A stretch of DNA of 64,000 bases from NCBI RefSeq assembly GCF_006345805.1, contig NC_043005.1:1736001-1800000 (forward strand). Direction: 5' to 3'. Positions 1 through 12,558 of the stretch are shown one piece after another; position 1 is the stretch's first letter; each line of letters begins with the position of its first letter. The position numbers and the translations under genes are program-made. The stretch comes from Octopus sinensis (Eukaryota). The notes beneath the pieces are model-generated. The model saw nothing but the letters and a program-made list of their open reading frames with translations. It was not told the DNA's origin and did no database searches.

Positions 1-99
1 TTTAATGACTTTATTACTTTATTACTTCTGTGTCTCGACTCGACTACTTCTCTATATTTTCTACACTGTGTATATGAGACTCTTCTATTTGGCTAATCA

Positions 100-1190
100 T
101 GAAATTCTTCTCGTCTGTCAATCTTATTTCTGATCCTGCTGCATGCCTTTTACACCCTTAATGTTGACAGTAGAGACATCATGTAACAATTCTGATTTGC
201 TCCTTTTCTACATATCAAGCAAGGCCACTTCCTAGAAGGCAGGAAGGTCCTGTCTTGTTTTCTGCTAAAACTTTTGTCTTTTTGATTCTAAGCCTTGTTT
301 TCATTTTTGAAATTTCTTTGCTTCTTCAACAAATTCAGCTGAGAACTTGGTCACTGACATACAGAAGTTCCTATGGAGAGCCAATCTTAAATTCTTTGTT
401 ATGACCTGAAGGACTACAATAAACAGGAAGGACCTAAGTACCAAGTCCTAATAGACATCTACCTGAATACTAAATTGTTTGTTGAACTCCTTGTTAAGCC
501 TGTGATGTGTGAGGATTAGCATGTTCCCTCTGCGTATCATAAAATGTGACTAAAAGAGGGTGTTGGATTTGTACTCCAACCTTGTAAAGCCCTCACCTGC
601 AATGGCTGTCCAAAACAGACCCCCATGAGTTGGAGGGTTGTGGCCTGAATAGTACAAAGGTGTCATCTATCAAGAGTAGGAAATCACCAACGAATGGTGG
701 ATCCAGTATCATTCTGTTACAGTGCATGCCTTCATACTACCACTTCTTGCTGAATCTCACCTGTCTGTGGTTTGTGTACTGCTTGCAAACCACTCATCTG
801 CTTTTAGTTGTCTTAGCAACCACCAGATTACAGAGCATGGTACCTTGTCAAAGGCCCTCCTCAGATCATCAAATGCTAACTGTAATGGCTCACTCTTTGA
901 TTATAACTTCTGTAATTTCTTTCCTAGCAAGAGATGTCTGTGGTATCATCAGGGTACAAGCCTGAACTGTGTGTCAACTCAACTAATCTCCTTATTAATT
1001 TGTTCTGCTGTAACTAATTCTGTTCCTTCCCAAATTTGGTCCATCACTTTGATGCCACTGTAGTTGCTTCTTTCTAGAACATCTCCTTTGTCCTCGTAGC
1101 AGTAAAACTCATTGGAGATGATCTCTTCTTGTACTACCTCATTGACTTTGCTATCAAAACTACCACTACTACACTATTCAAATTCTGCTC
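100..1190 (-). mobile_element. Degenerate RTE-clade LINE fragment (RT and C-terminal Cys region)
   Basis: Minus strand reads CYEDKGDVLERSNYSGIKVMDQI, a degraded DLxKAFDKVPxxVIWW-like segment and KWPCLICRKG; many stops and frameshifts. Confidence 0.7.
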
Positions 1191-1214
1191 ACTTTTTACT
1201 GTGTCTGCCTCCAG

Positions 1215-1310
1215 GTGGCCTCACTGGTCAATCTTGCTTCCAACTATCTGAATGCTGGCTTAGACGCCACCCGACATGGGACAGCACATCAGAGTATTGT
1301 ACCTTACCAA
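1215..1310 (+). CDS. SUGCT: SUGCT (succinate-hydroxymethylglutarate CoA-transferase, CaiB/BaiF family), first exon visible in window
   Basis: ccag|GTG...CAA|gtaagt; 96 nt, phase 0/0; VASLVNLASNYLNAGLDATRHGTAHQSIVPYQ, containing the family III GTAHxSIVPYQ motif. Confidence 0.93.
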
Positions 1311-2848
1311 GTAAGTAAACTTCTCCAAAATTGTCTAAATGTACATAACGAGGGTTTGTGTGCAAAAAACAATTAACTAAAATAGATAATCATTTATGTT
1401 TGTAATATTTTGTGCTACATAAGGCAGTGAGCTGACAGAATCATCAGCCCACTGGTGGGGTGGGGGCAATGTTTTGTGGCGTTTGTCTGTCTTTATGCTC
1501 TGAGTTCAAATTTGACTACGGTTGACTTTCATCCTTTCAGGGTCGATAAAATAAGTACCAGTTGAACACTGGGGGTCAATGTCATTGACTTACCCACTGC
1601 CCCAAAATTTCTGGCCTTGTGCTAAAAATTTGAAACCAAAATCATGGGTTGCATGAAATTGTAGGCAAGGCCTGAATCTTTATTCATCAAGAAGTATGAA
1701 TTACATATTTGCCCGTAGGTCTCCACATTCGTGTGTGTTCCCCACTATGGACACACACACACACACAAATACATGTGCACATGCATTTATGTTCAGTGTT
1801 TTTTTTATATCTAGTTTTTTCATGCTGGCATGGGTTGGACAGGTCTGCTACACAACACATCTTTGTCGCCACCCCCCTTTCATCCTTTCTTTTTAGAGGA
1901 CACAATTGTTTGACGATGAGTATTGGTTGATCAACCAAATCAATTTCTCTTTCAATTAATACGCACTGTGGCTGAGTGCTCCACAGACACGTGTGCCTTT
2001 AACATAATTCTCAAAGAGAACCAACATGATACAGTGATAAGGCTGGGATTTTTGAATATCACAGGGGCTTCCTCATAGTTTCCATTATCCCAATTTCTTT
2101 TACAAGTTTTGGCTTGGCCTGAAGCTCTGGTAATGGACCCTCATCTCAGATGCCTTGTCAGGGACTGAACCTAGAACCCTATGATTGGGAAGTAAATTCC
2201 TTAAACATTTGGCCAAGATAAAACAACAACACCAATAACATTGTGTAGCACGATTTTTGTCCTTGGGTTGCAATTATTATTTCTTATTTTCTTACTCCTA
2301 GAAAATATGAAAAATGGCCAATATTTCCTTCAAATTTTGCCTTTGTCATGATATTTATTGAGTCCCCAAAGGATCTCTCTCGGTACCTGGCTATGTTGCT
2401 CTCTTACTACTCCTGCTCATGATCAGAGATGCACATATTATCAGCCACTAAGGGACAGGCTCAAGTGGAAAAGGTCAAACATCCGGTATGGAGCAGAATA
2501 TTTGCTATAATGATATTTCTGCTTCAGCAACTCAACGCTGAATCTGTGTGAAATGTAATGGAAAATAGGTCAGTTTCGAAACATTGATGTCCACGTGACA
2601 AAAGCAAAGTTTGAAGGGAACACTTGTCCCTTTCGTTTCTAGATAGGAGCAAAGAGGGGAAAATACTTATTGACTGAAGACAAAATAAATAAGAATTTTG
2701 TTACACTGTGTAATTAACAGAGAGAAATTCAGTTTTCTCTTTCTATAGTTGTTATTTCATTATGCATCTGACTCCAGATATGACCCTCACCACTTAGTCT
2801 GAATTTAGTTTCTCTCTATTAATATCTGAATCCCTCTCTCCATTTCAG

Positions 2849-2920
2849 GCATTTTCAACATCTGATGGTTATTTACTGGTCGGGGCTAACAACGATAATC
2901 AGTTCAAGGCTCTGTGTAAG
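2849..2920 (+). CDS. SUGCT: SUGCT exon
   Basis: ttcag|GCA...AAG|gtaagg; 72 nt; AFSTSDGYLLVGANNDNQFKALCK, resembling AFKTKDGYIVVGAGNNQQF of vertebrate SUGCT as recalled. Confidence 0.93.
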
Positions 2921-2949
2921 GTAAGGGGTGTCTTTGATAGCTTTGTCTT

Positions 2950-3320
2950 TGTGCACGTGTGTGGGTGGGTGTGAGAGTGTGTGTGAGTGAGAGAGAGAGA
3001 GAGTGTGAGTGTGAGTGTGTGTGTGTGTAAGTGGGTGTGTGTGTGTGAGAGAGAGAGAGAGTGTGAGTGTGAGTGTGTGTGTGTAAGCGGGTGTGTGTGT
3101 GAGAGAGAGAGAGAGAGAGTGTGAGTGTGAGTGTGTGTGTAAGAGAGAGAGTGTGAGTGTGTGTATGTGAGTGAGAGAGTGTGAATGTGTATGTGAGTGA
3201 GAGAGAGAGTGTGAGTGTGTGTATGTGAGTGAGAGAGTGTGAGTGTGTATGTGAGTGAGAGAGAGAGTGTGAGTGTGTGTATGTGAGTGAGCGTGTGTGT
3301 ATGTGTGTGTGTGTGTGTGA
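2950..3320. repeat. Compound (GT)/(GA) microsatellite
   Basis: Direct read; starts ~30 nt into the intron after SUGCT exon 2849-2920. Confidence 0.9.
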
Positions 3321-3329
3321 CTTCTCTAT

Positions 3330-4287
3330 AAGTTCCTTTGCAGGTAAACTTTACCTTGGCCAATACCAGGCTGTGTTCCCAGACTAGTTCTGTAGCATGC
3401 CAACAGGTGGCAGCACATGGCTGCATGTGTGCAGTGAGAGCTAGCAGTGAATTTCACAAGGCAGTGTGTTGAGTGACATCAGTGTGTTTACTTTGAGACA
3501 TTGCTGTGTCTTTGCGATCAGGTGTGTATGCTGTAGTCTGCAATTTTTGTCATGGACAGGAAATTAGAACAAAGAACCAATGTGAAATTTTGCATGGAAG
3601 TTGGGAAGTCTGCTACAGAGATATTGAGTATGATGCTTTGGCAAGCTAGTGGCAACAAGGCACTGAGTCGTATGCAATGCTTTGAGTGGCACAGGTGCTT
3701 CAAAAGTGGAAGAATGTCCTGGAAGACAACAAGCAATCTAGAAGACCTGCTACAAGTGTCAGCCCCGGAAATGTGGAGAAAATTCCTCAGCTTGTGCATA
3801 AGAATTGATGGAGGACAATCAATGCCATTTTGAAGTATTTGAAGGAGGACATTTGGTGAAAGCGAGCGGATTTGTAGAGTGCAAAGAATTGGATTCTTCA
3901 TGACAATGCACCCTGTCACTGAGCTCTCCTCACTTGTGAATTCTTCACCAGAAACAATATGGTGGTATCACTTCTGCACCTGCCTTATTTGCCAGATTGA
4001 GCACCTGTAGACTTCCATCTCTTCTTCAAGATGAAGAGACAGCTGAAAGGTTGCTGCTTTAACACTGTTATCGAGATCCAGGGAGAATTGCAGAAGCTCC
4101 TCGACTCACTTATGGGAAACGACTTCCAGCCAGGCCAGACTTCCAAATTTGGCAGCAATGCTGGGACCAGGGTATTGCAGCTGCACAAGGTGACTATTTT
4201 GAAGGAGATGATGTTAAAACTTAGGTAAATAAGTTCTTTTTTTTATTAAACATAACTAGTCCGGGCACTTTTTGATACCACCCCACC
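3330..4287 (+). mobile_element. Degenerate, internally deleted mariner
   Basis: LEQRTNVKFC..GKSATE..QCFEWHRCFKSGR HTH region; HLPYLPD-APVDFHLF (PYSPDLAPxDF-like); 3' TIR-like end near 4260-4287; left end uncertain. Confidence 0.75.
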
Positions 4288-4393
4288 TCATACACATTTA
4301 CATATACCTAATAATACACACAGATGTACACCTGTCTGTCTTTCTATGAGACATTTTTCAAGGGGTAACAATCTGTTATTCTTTCCCTGCCAG

Positions 4394-4491
4394 GTTCTAC
4401 AAGCTGAAGATCTGTACCAAGATGACAGATTCAAAAGCAACCAGAAAAGAGTCCTTAATCGAGACGTTCTTATCAAAAGACTTTCAGAAAT
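4394..4491 (+). CDS. SUGCT: SUGCT exon
   Basis: gccag|GTT...AT|gtgagt; 98 nt, ends phase 2; VLQAEDLYQDDRFKSNQKRVLNRDVLIKRLSE. Confidence 0.9.
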
Positions 4492-5088
4492 GTGAGTAAC
4501 TTTGATTCCTTTCATTGGAGACTATTTTGGCAAATTCTTTGTTCAACTTCTCTCATCATTGAAATTCATCTTTCTCTACACAACATCCCTTTATGTTTAC
4601 CAAGATGATTAATGGTGAAGATATGTGGCTTAGTGGTTGGGCGATTCCACACACAATGCATTCGATTCCTGGTGGTGTGTTGTGGCCTTGAGCAAGACAC
4701 TTTATTTCACTTTATTGCTCCTATCCTCTCAGTTGCCTGTAATTCAAAGGGCCAGTCTTGTCACATTCTGTGTCGTGCTGAATCTCCCCTGAGAACTACA
4801 TTCAGGGTTTGCATGTCTGTGGAGTGCTCAACCACTTGCATATTAATTTCATGAGCAGGCTGTTCTGTTGATTGGATTGACTGGAACACTCGTCATCATC
4901 ACCCATGCAGTGTCAAGATGATTAATGGCTGTGTTTGTAAGGACACAACTGGAACCTAAAATTCCAGCTTCTCATGCCATTGTTGTTGTTGTTTAGTCTT
5001 CAGTCACCCTTGGCTGAGCAGATCTAAGACCAAAAGTGCTCCAGCATGATCTGTTCTTTTTCTTGGGTATTGCATATTTAGGATTATA

Positions 5089-6663
5089 TGAGAGGTGTTC
5101 ATTAAAGATTTCCTCTGACTCACTTCCAATTATTGCAAGAAATGGAACTGATACAGATATAATCATACATGTCTCTCCATGTCACATTGTAAATTCCAGC
5201 TTCCCATAAGAATTTGTTTGTCTTTTATGGCTGTTGAAGTGGACTAAGGTGTTATAACGGAGGTAGTTGAATGCAGATCAGTGATCAAGGTTCTTATACT
5301 TGAAAGGTCGTACACCAAAAGAAACTTTTGATGTGATGAAAGAAGTTTATTGTGACAATGCACCATCATACGACATAGTCAAGCACTGGCATCACCAGTT
5401 CAAATATGGTCAGACATTGGTGGAGACTGATCCTGTTGCTGGACGATCAGATTCCACCATTGTTATATTGTTCTAATTTAATTCTATTTTCTGATTAAGT
5501 ATCAAACTAAATTTACTGACTGAGCTTTATTTCATGCGTTCACTTCGTCTCCTTTTAAAGTGAACTTTTGACTGCTTTCTAATTTACATATTGGTTTGTT
5601 TCATAAGTGGCATAAGATACTTTTTGCATGTGGATCTTTAGGTTCTGCTTTTTTTCAATCAGTGTGCATTTTTGAGTATATATTGTGTTGTATTTGCTCA
5701 CATATTCTCTCCATTATTGGCTTGCATTCGAGTAATGTAATACAGGTTAATAGTTCTTTGATGGTGATGCCATCCATAAAGTTGAAGCCACTATTTTGGA
5801 GGATCGCCGCCTAACTATTCAGCAACTAGCGCAAGAAATGAAGATAAATGTAGGGTCTGTGTAAAAAATCCTTTACAGTCATTTGCACATGTGGAAGTTG
5901 TCTACATGATGGATTCCTCAGATGCTCACACCTTTACAGAAGCAGGATCGAGTCAATTGCTCCCAGGCTCTTTTGGCAATGTACCAAGAAAACGAGGAGG
6001 ATATTTTTAGCAGACTTATCACATAGGATGAAACATGGGTTCATCACTATGATCCTTAGACAAAAGTCCAGTGAAAGCAATTGGAGCTTGATAACTCACC
6101 ACCTCCAAAGAACGGCTCATATCCAACCCTCTGCAGGTAAGGTGATGCTCACAGTCTTTTGGGACCAGTGCAGATTAGTGATGATGGTGTTTCTGGCAAA
6201 GGGCACCACAGTTAACAGGGCATATTATGCTTCTCTGCTGCAGAAATTGCTGGACACCATCAAAGCTGAGAGGTGTGGCATGCTAACCAAAGGAGCCTGC
6301 CTCCTCCAAGACAATGCCCCAGTTGCCCAGATGAAAGCATACTCCTGCGGCTATGAAATCCTTCCCCGTCTCCCTTCCACCCCCACCCCCCGACCTTGCA
6401 TCATTGTCTGACTTCCACCTCTTTCCAACCAGGAAGTCTTTTTTCAAGGGGAAGCACTTTTTGGAGGATGATGAACTTATTTCTGAGGTAAAGGCTCCAG
6501 ACGCAACCTACCGACTCCTACAGATGAGGTCTTCACAGCTGCATAAAGCAACATGTGTCACCATTGGTGGTGGCCATGTAGAGCAGGACTAATAATTATG
6601 CCAAGTTTCGTTTATCCCAGACCTCGGGAAGTGGGTCAGGGGAAATCTTTAATGAACCCTTTG
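5089..6663 (+). mobile_element. Degenerate mariner with both TIRs and a ~300-bp internal insertion (~5465-5760)
   Basis: TIRs GAGGTGTTCATTAAAGATTTCCTCTGACTCACTTCC / GGAAGTGGGTCAGGGGAAATCTTTAATGAACCC, TA flanks; DETWVHHYDP, KVMLTVFWD, LLQDNAP motifs. Confidence 0.85.
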
Positions 6664-6892
6664 TATTATTTGTTCAAGGTGGTCAGGTGTAATTTGAGGG
6701 AAATTTGGCTCCTATTTCTAGCAAGTTGATCAAATATGTAGCTGTTCTCTCATTGGTTTATTATCAAATTAGTTTTGAATTCTGCAATTTATTCCAAGAC
6801 TTTATTCTATGAAAGTATTCTTGCAATTTTGTGCAGCATTTATTTGGTTTAACCTTTTCCATACCAAGTTCCCTTCTCCCTACAATTGCCCC

Positions 6893-7225
6893 AGCTTTTA
6901 TTTGTTTCAGTCATTGGACTGTGGCCATTCTGAGGCAATTCCTTGAAGAAATTTAGTTGAATGGACCGACTCCAGTATTTACTATGTTTTTTGTAAAACC
7001 TGGTGCCTATTCTATCATTCTCTTTTGCTGAACCACTAAGTTACGGGGATGTAAACACAGCAACACTGAATGTCAAGTGGTGGTGGTGGTGGACAAACAC
7101 AGACACAAAGACACACACACACACACAACAGGTTTCTTTCAGTTTCCATCTATCAAATCCACTCACAAGGCTTTGGTCAGCCTCAAAAAATAGCAGAAGA
7201 TAGTGGGACTGAACCTGGAACCTGG
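6893..7225 (-). mobile_element. Older copy of the same SINE family
   Basis: TTGTTTCAGTCATT...CCACTCACAAGGCTTTGGTC segments shared with 36896-37308. Confidence 0.6.
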
Positions 7226-7976
7226 ACTTAATAGAATCTTCCTCTTTCAAAGTGATCTAAGTTGAAATCTTCCATCAAACTTTCAAAAATTCTAGACACC
7301 AGCTTAAAATTTCAAAATTAATTGAAATAAATGTCGCATATTTCAATGATTCATTTATGTTTCCTTTTAGAAATGTGTGAACAGCAGTTGACAGGAATTG
7401 GTTGAGGAAAGATTCTGTAGCGATAACTGAGAGCACTTTATGTGGAATCCTTTTGTTGGCTGCTAGGAATTAGGGCTCGGAATTAGAAGAATAAATGATG
7501 GCTGAGAGATGGCTGTGATTCATATTGAAACCTCATCCTTGTTTTATGTTGTCCAAGTGATTAAGACTTTGGGGCATGGTTGAGACAATGGCAAATGCTT
7601 ACTGGAATGTCTATTGTTTGCTATAAAATCTTTTATTAAATTCTATGAATAGATTAAATAAATGAAAATAAAGCTATTGAATTATTTTTATATTTGAATT
7701 CTAATCCTCAATGATTCCTCAATAATGAAACCTTTCACTTATTTGATGGGAAATTATTTTATCTCCCTATCCATCTTGAAGTAATGGCATCGGTTTTGGG
7801 TTTCCAGTGGGCAAATCATTGCTTGTAGTGAGGTTGTCAGGGGAGTATCTGTAACATGTATATGATAAAATACAATTACAATTATAAGTGAATAATAATC
7901 TGGAAAGAGACTGAATTTATATTTTAAATAATTGGGAATTTTTTTGTGATTTTGTTTGTTTTATTTCATTGAACAG

Positions 7977-8079
7977 TTTTGGTGAGAAAACAACTGACTT
8001 TTGGTTGGAGAAGATGGAAGGATGTAATTTTTCTTATGGTCCAATAAATAATCTGAAGCAAGTGTTTAATGACCAGCAG
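7977..8079 (+). CDS. SUGCT: SUGCT exon
   Basis: aacag|T TTT...CAG|gtgagt; 103 nt, phase matches previous exon; FGEKTTDFWLEKMEGCNFSYGPINNLKQVFNDQQ (YGPIN motif). Confidence 0.92.
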
Positions 8080-8347
8080 GTGAGTATTTTAGTAATCTGT
8101 ATCTGTGGAATAAGGCAGGGACATTGCCCATAGCTTGAGCAGGGGCAGCGTGGGGGGGGGGAGGGTAGCACCCTTGGAATATGAATGATGTAGAGTGAGA
8201 TGTGTAGAATTAATTGGAATTTTGACTGAAGTATGATATAAAATAATATGTGTTGCATGTAAGGCAGTATTTAAGCATAGTTTGTATTGAAAAACCTGAT
8301 AAACATATGGGACACATGGTTGTAGAACTAATTATTGTTGAGCCAGA

Positions 8348-8401
8348 GGTCAGCCCTGACTGTGAAGGACAAAGGGTCAGCCCTGACTGTGAAGGACAAA
8401 G
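8348..8401. repeat. 27-bp tandem duplication
   Basis: GGTCAGCCCTGACTGTGAAGGACAAAG twice. Confidence 0.9.
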
Positions 8402-9308
8402 GCATTCCAAATGTGATCATTCCATCTTTGTTTTAAGTATAAAGTATCTAGGATTACATTAGTATGGATACATATATCATGTCTTCTCTTTGTAAGGGTG
8501 TGATTTGAGGGAGATTTAGCTGTTATTTATAGCTGTTTGAAAAACCACAAAGAAACCCCTTTCTTTGTCTTGGTTGTTGCAGAGAAAGGGTACGTTCTGG
8601 AATAGAAGACATTTGTAGTGTTTGCTAAATGGTTTAGGGAAAACAAAGACAGTTGTTCTTATAAAAAGTAGAAACAGGTTTAACCTGAAGCAGAAAATGA
8701 CTTTTAAAACCATACATGCCCATCACTTAAGAAATATCTGTTGTTATTGGTACCTACAATCAGTTGTGTCCCCGTATATTTATACATGGAAATAACCTGT
8801 TGGACTGACTGGAGTCACAGACCTCAATAGAAACATCAAAGAGAGCATTGCATCCTTCTTCAAGTAATGTTTGGATGTCTGCAATGCCAAATGATAGAAT
8901 TGGTAAATTATATGACTGCAGTACCATTAGTAGGTGTATGGCAGCTTTAATTTCCTGGTGATCTATTGAGAAAGAATTGGAGATCCAGGATCTGGAGAAG
9001 AAGTTAGTTTTTTGGATTAACATGTACTTATTAAAAAAGATTTATATATCTGTGAAGTAAATGAAAGAAAGAAGATAGGTAAATATAGAGATAGAGAGAG
9101 AGAGAGAGAGAGGGAAAGAGGAAGTAAGAGAGCGATTTACTCATAGACTAGTGTTGTAGCAGTGTTCTGGTTTATTGTTGTTGTCCATTGTTATCCTATA
9201 CCAATTCTTCCATGACTCTTGAACTTAGCAAAACATATTGAAATGGTGTCACTAACTGAACTGTTCTAGTAAAATCTGAATTCTGTTGTTTCTCTTCTTA
9301 TTTCAAAG

Positions 9309-9372
9309 GTGAAGGCTTGTGGATTAATTCAGGAAATTGATCATCCAACTATTGGCAAAGTTCGTTTGCCTG
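9309..9372 (+). CDS. SUGCT: SUGCT exon
   Basis: tcaaag|GTG...CCT G|gtaagc; 64 nt; VKACGLIQEIDHPTIGKVRLP (HPTxG motif). Confidence 0.92.
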
Positions 9373-10247
9373 GTAAGCAACTGACCCAGTTCTTCATTTT
9401 ATTTCCCATATAGGGGCCATTATGATGAAAGCTGATAAGCTTCTAGAAAGATGCGTTTGTGTTTTCATTTTCATTCATGGTTAAAGGAATTTTCATTTGA
9501 TTTGTATGACACGAAACTAATTCTCTTTGGAAAGATATGACAGGCCGTTATATACAAAAGTATGAACGTTAGGCTACATTATATCCTAAGGTATGTGTGT
9601 TAGGTTGGGGTATGTATGAAGGAATCCTTTTCTTTTCTGATTGTAACATTGACAATAATGGAAGATTTTATGCCAATGTTTTAGGCTGCGGTTTCTGCCT
9701 GACATTGAGGATTTGAGACAATAATCGTTGGTTATGATTGATGTGAGAAGATTTTGCTCAGAGGATTGCCTTTGTTTAGCTGTGGTTGGATGAATTAGAA
9801 ATGAAGGATGCAAAAGGAGCCAATGTAGGGCTATCTGATCTCGGATTAGTTATCTGGATTAATGTTAAAGAGAGATTATTTGAGAGGAGTTGAATGGATT
9901 AGGAAATGGTTAGTTGATCCAATAAGAGCAGACAGTGATAGATGGGTTGGAAAGAGAAAGAAAATGATGAGTATTTGATAATCAGAATGTGAGACAAGGA
10001 ATTGAAGAGGGAGACTAGTTTTGAATTTAACTTCTGCTACAATTGTCCACAAATGTTTAAATAAATATTAGAGTGTCAAACTGATAGATTAAAGATGAAG
10101 TAATGGTTAGTGCCACACTCCTGGAAGAACTAATGTTACAGTTTAGAATATTGTCTTGGACAGGGATTTGGCCAAAAAAGCTGCCATCAAGTTGCCAAAA
10201 GAAGAATAAAATCTGATGTGATTGAGCGATCTGAAAACTAGGTTGAC

Positions 10248-10530
10248 CGTCGTCGTCGTCGTTTAGCGTCCGCTTTCTATGCTAGCATGGGTTGGACGCT
10301 TCAACTGGAGTCTGGGAAGCCAGAAGGCTGCACCAGGCCCAGTCTGATCTGGCAATGTTTCTACGGCTGGATGCCCTTCCTAACGCCAACCACTCCATGA
10401 GTGTAGTGGGTGCTTTTTATGTGCCACCGGCACAGGTGCCAGACGAAGCTGGCAAACGGCCACGATCGGATGGTGCTTTTTACGTGCCACCGGCATGGAG
10501 GCCAGGCAAGGCTGGCAAACAGCCACCCGA
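10248..10530. mobile_element. Interspersed repeat, possibly RTE-associated 3' end
   Basis: (CGT)n followed by GGCTGGATGCCCTTCCTAACGCCAACCACT and an internal duplication; related sequence near 13330-13420. Confidence 0.4.
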
Positions 10531-12037
10531 TTCTCTGAAATTCTGAGTTGCATCTGTCTTTGGTACATTTTGATGTTGAGGTGCAGTGAGGAACATAACA
10601 AGGGGCTGGTGATTGCTCCCTTATTAAACCGGTCAGCAGTCACTCTATATTGCAGTGACGAATAGATGGGAAGTCGCAGAAAAACTTGCAATGAAAAAAT
10701 ATCATATTTTATTTAAATTCTATAAATAACAGCTAGAGTAATTAAAATAATTAATTATTTTATTAACTGACAAATATATTACTTGCATACACTCATCACA
10801 GTGTATATAACAATAGAGCAGTTTATATAATTATAACATATCAAATACAATGATATACAATGACAGTGCAGTTTATATAAGACGATACAAGAAATAACCA
10901 TGATTTATTCAATATCTTAAAAAAAAACAATAAATCAAACTCAAAACAAGGAAACCCCATAAAATCAATCAAAAGTCTGTGAGTTTTTATTTTCCTGTGT
11001 GAATGGTTTCCTTGGCTTCATTCCATTAACCGAAATGTCTTTGAGTCAGAAGTACATCTACCTTCCCTTTTAAATTGTTTTCTTTTTCACAAACTATTTA
11101 TTGGAACTAATTCATATTTACCTTTATTTATTTTTAAAGGTGTTCATGCACACGTTAATTACTTTCATTTGAACATGTTTTGAGTGTAAAATATTATTTT
11201 AGGATAAGGAAGACCCTCCATGTGTCTGTCTATCAAAACCCTTCTTTGGCAGTTCCACAAAATCATTTAAAGAAGACAAACGTTTCTCTTTTCTTTGAAT
11301 GGTTCTTTACAAAACATTTGTCCCTTCTTCCTCCCATGAGACACCAATAAACCTACTAGAAATAGCAACCAAATCTCCTTCAGATTACTCTAGAGCAATC
11401 TGCTGAGGAGGTCAAGAGGAAGGAGCAGTGCTCTCCCTCAAAGAAAATAAAAAAACACATTAATGTCCCTTTTGAAGTTTTGTCAACATCAGGAGCAGTG
11501 GCGGGGGGGGGGGATTCTGGGAAGGAAGGACAGGGTGTGGGGCCATGAGGTGGATATCTCATCATCTTTCAACATAGTTGAACAACCAATGTTAGTTAAA
11601 TGGCGATTCCAAGTACAAGTTGTAATATTCAACCTTTTGATCCCTGAATACAAAATGTGGGTTTGCAAGAGCTCCATTTCTGAGTCCTCATCTCACCCTT
11701 GTGCACCAAAATCCATCACAAGGTGTGACCCGTTTACTGCTCAGTGGACTGGAACAGAATGAAATGAAGTGTTTCGCTCAAGAGCACAATGTATAGCTGG
11801 TCGTAGCAATTGAAAGCATGCTCTTGTAATTGTGAGTGTAATACCGTAGCCTCTGGGCCATGATCATTCACCATAATAAGGGTGATAGCAGGAAGAGAGC
11901 CAAGTGGGATGGAATGTGTGAGTGGAGGTGGCACAGTGCCAGTTGGTTTTCATGAGACCATTATAGTAGTGGTAGAAAAAGGAGAGAGAGGAGACACAAC
12001 ATGTTTGTGGGCAAGGGGATGGGGAGTGGCATCATGT

Positions 12038-12083
12038 CAGTTAATCAGGTGACCCTTTCAGAAAAGGGTCACCTGATTAACTG
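12038..12083. repeat. Perfect 21-bp inverted repeat with 4-nt loop
   Basis: CAGTTAATCAGGTGACCCTTT-CAGA-AAAGGGTCACCTGATTAACTG. Confidence 0.95.
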
Positions 12084-12382
12084 CAGCAGTACTGTTCCAA
12101 ATGTGAAAGAAATGCTCCATTATGGGCTGCTCCTGAGCTTTGTTGAGAATCAATAATTATTCCTAGCTGAAGTATCTTCTGTCTGTGAAGAGAAGGAGAA
12201 ATCGTTGGGACAGTCATGGTAGGAACATCCTTGATCAGGTTAAGCCTGAAACTAAACAACCCCTTTCATATTTTTATTTCCCCTCACATAACCATTAACC
12301 TTACCTTTAGACACACAAATGTTATTCAAAGGTAAATTTGGTGAAAATGCTTAACATGTTTGTGTTTTTGTTTTTGTTGCAG

Positions 12383-12558
12383 CCCCAGCGGTGGAGTACA
12401 GTTGTGATGAAGGCCGAGTTGACCAGCCGACAGCGCCTCCTCTTTTAGGACAACATACAAGAGAGATCCTGCAAGATATTTTAAGTTTAAGCCATGAAGA
12501 TATCAAGAGTTTATTATCCAAAGGGATTGTGGAATGTGCTGCATTGTCAGATAAATAA
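12383..12558 (+). CDS. SUGCT: SUGCT terminal coding exon
   Basis: ttgcag|CC CCA...TAA; 176 nt; PAVEYSCDEGRVDQPTAPPLLGQHTREILQDILSLSHEDIKSLLSKGIVECAALSDK* (PPxLGQHT motif). Confidence 0.94.

Noticed and set aside
630-1063. Plus-strand ORFs of 111 and 113 aa
   Set aside because: Antisense shadows of a decayed RTE LINE on the minus strand.
2899-3426. 175-aa His/Thr-rich ORF, and the many similar CV-, YI-, HT-, IY-, poly-I and poly-N ORFs across the window
   Set aside because: Stop-free translations of microsatellites; no splice or domain support.
9590-10240. Possible extra SUGCT exon or LINE fragment
   Set aside because: The SUGCT exons join in phase without it, and no motif is readable.
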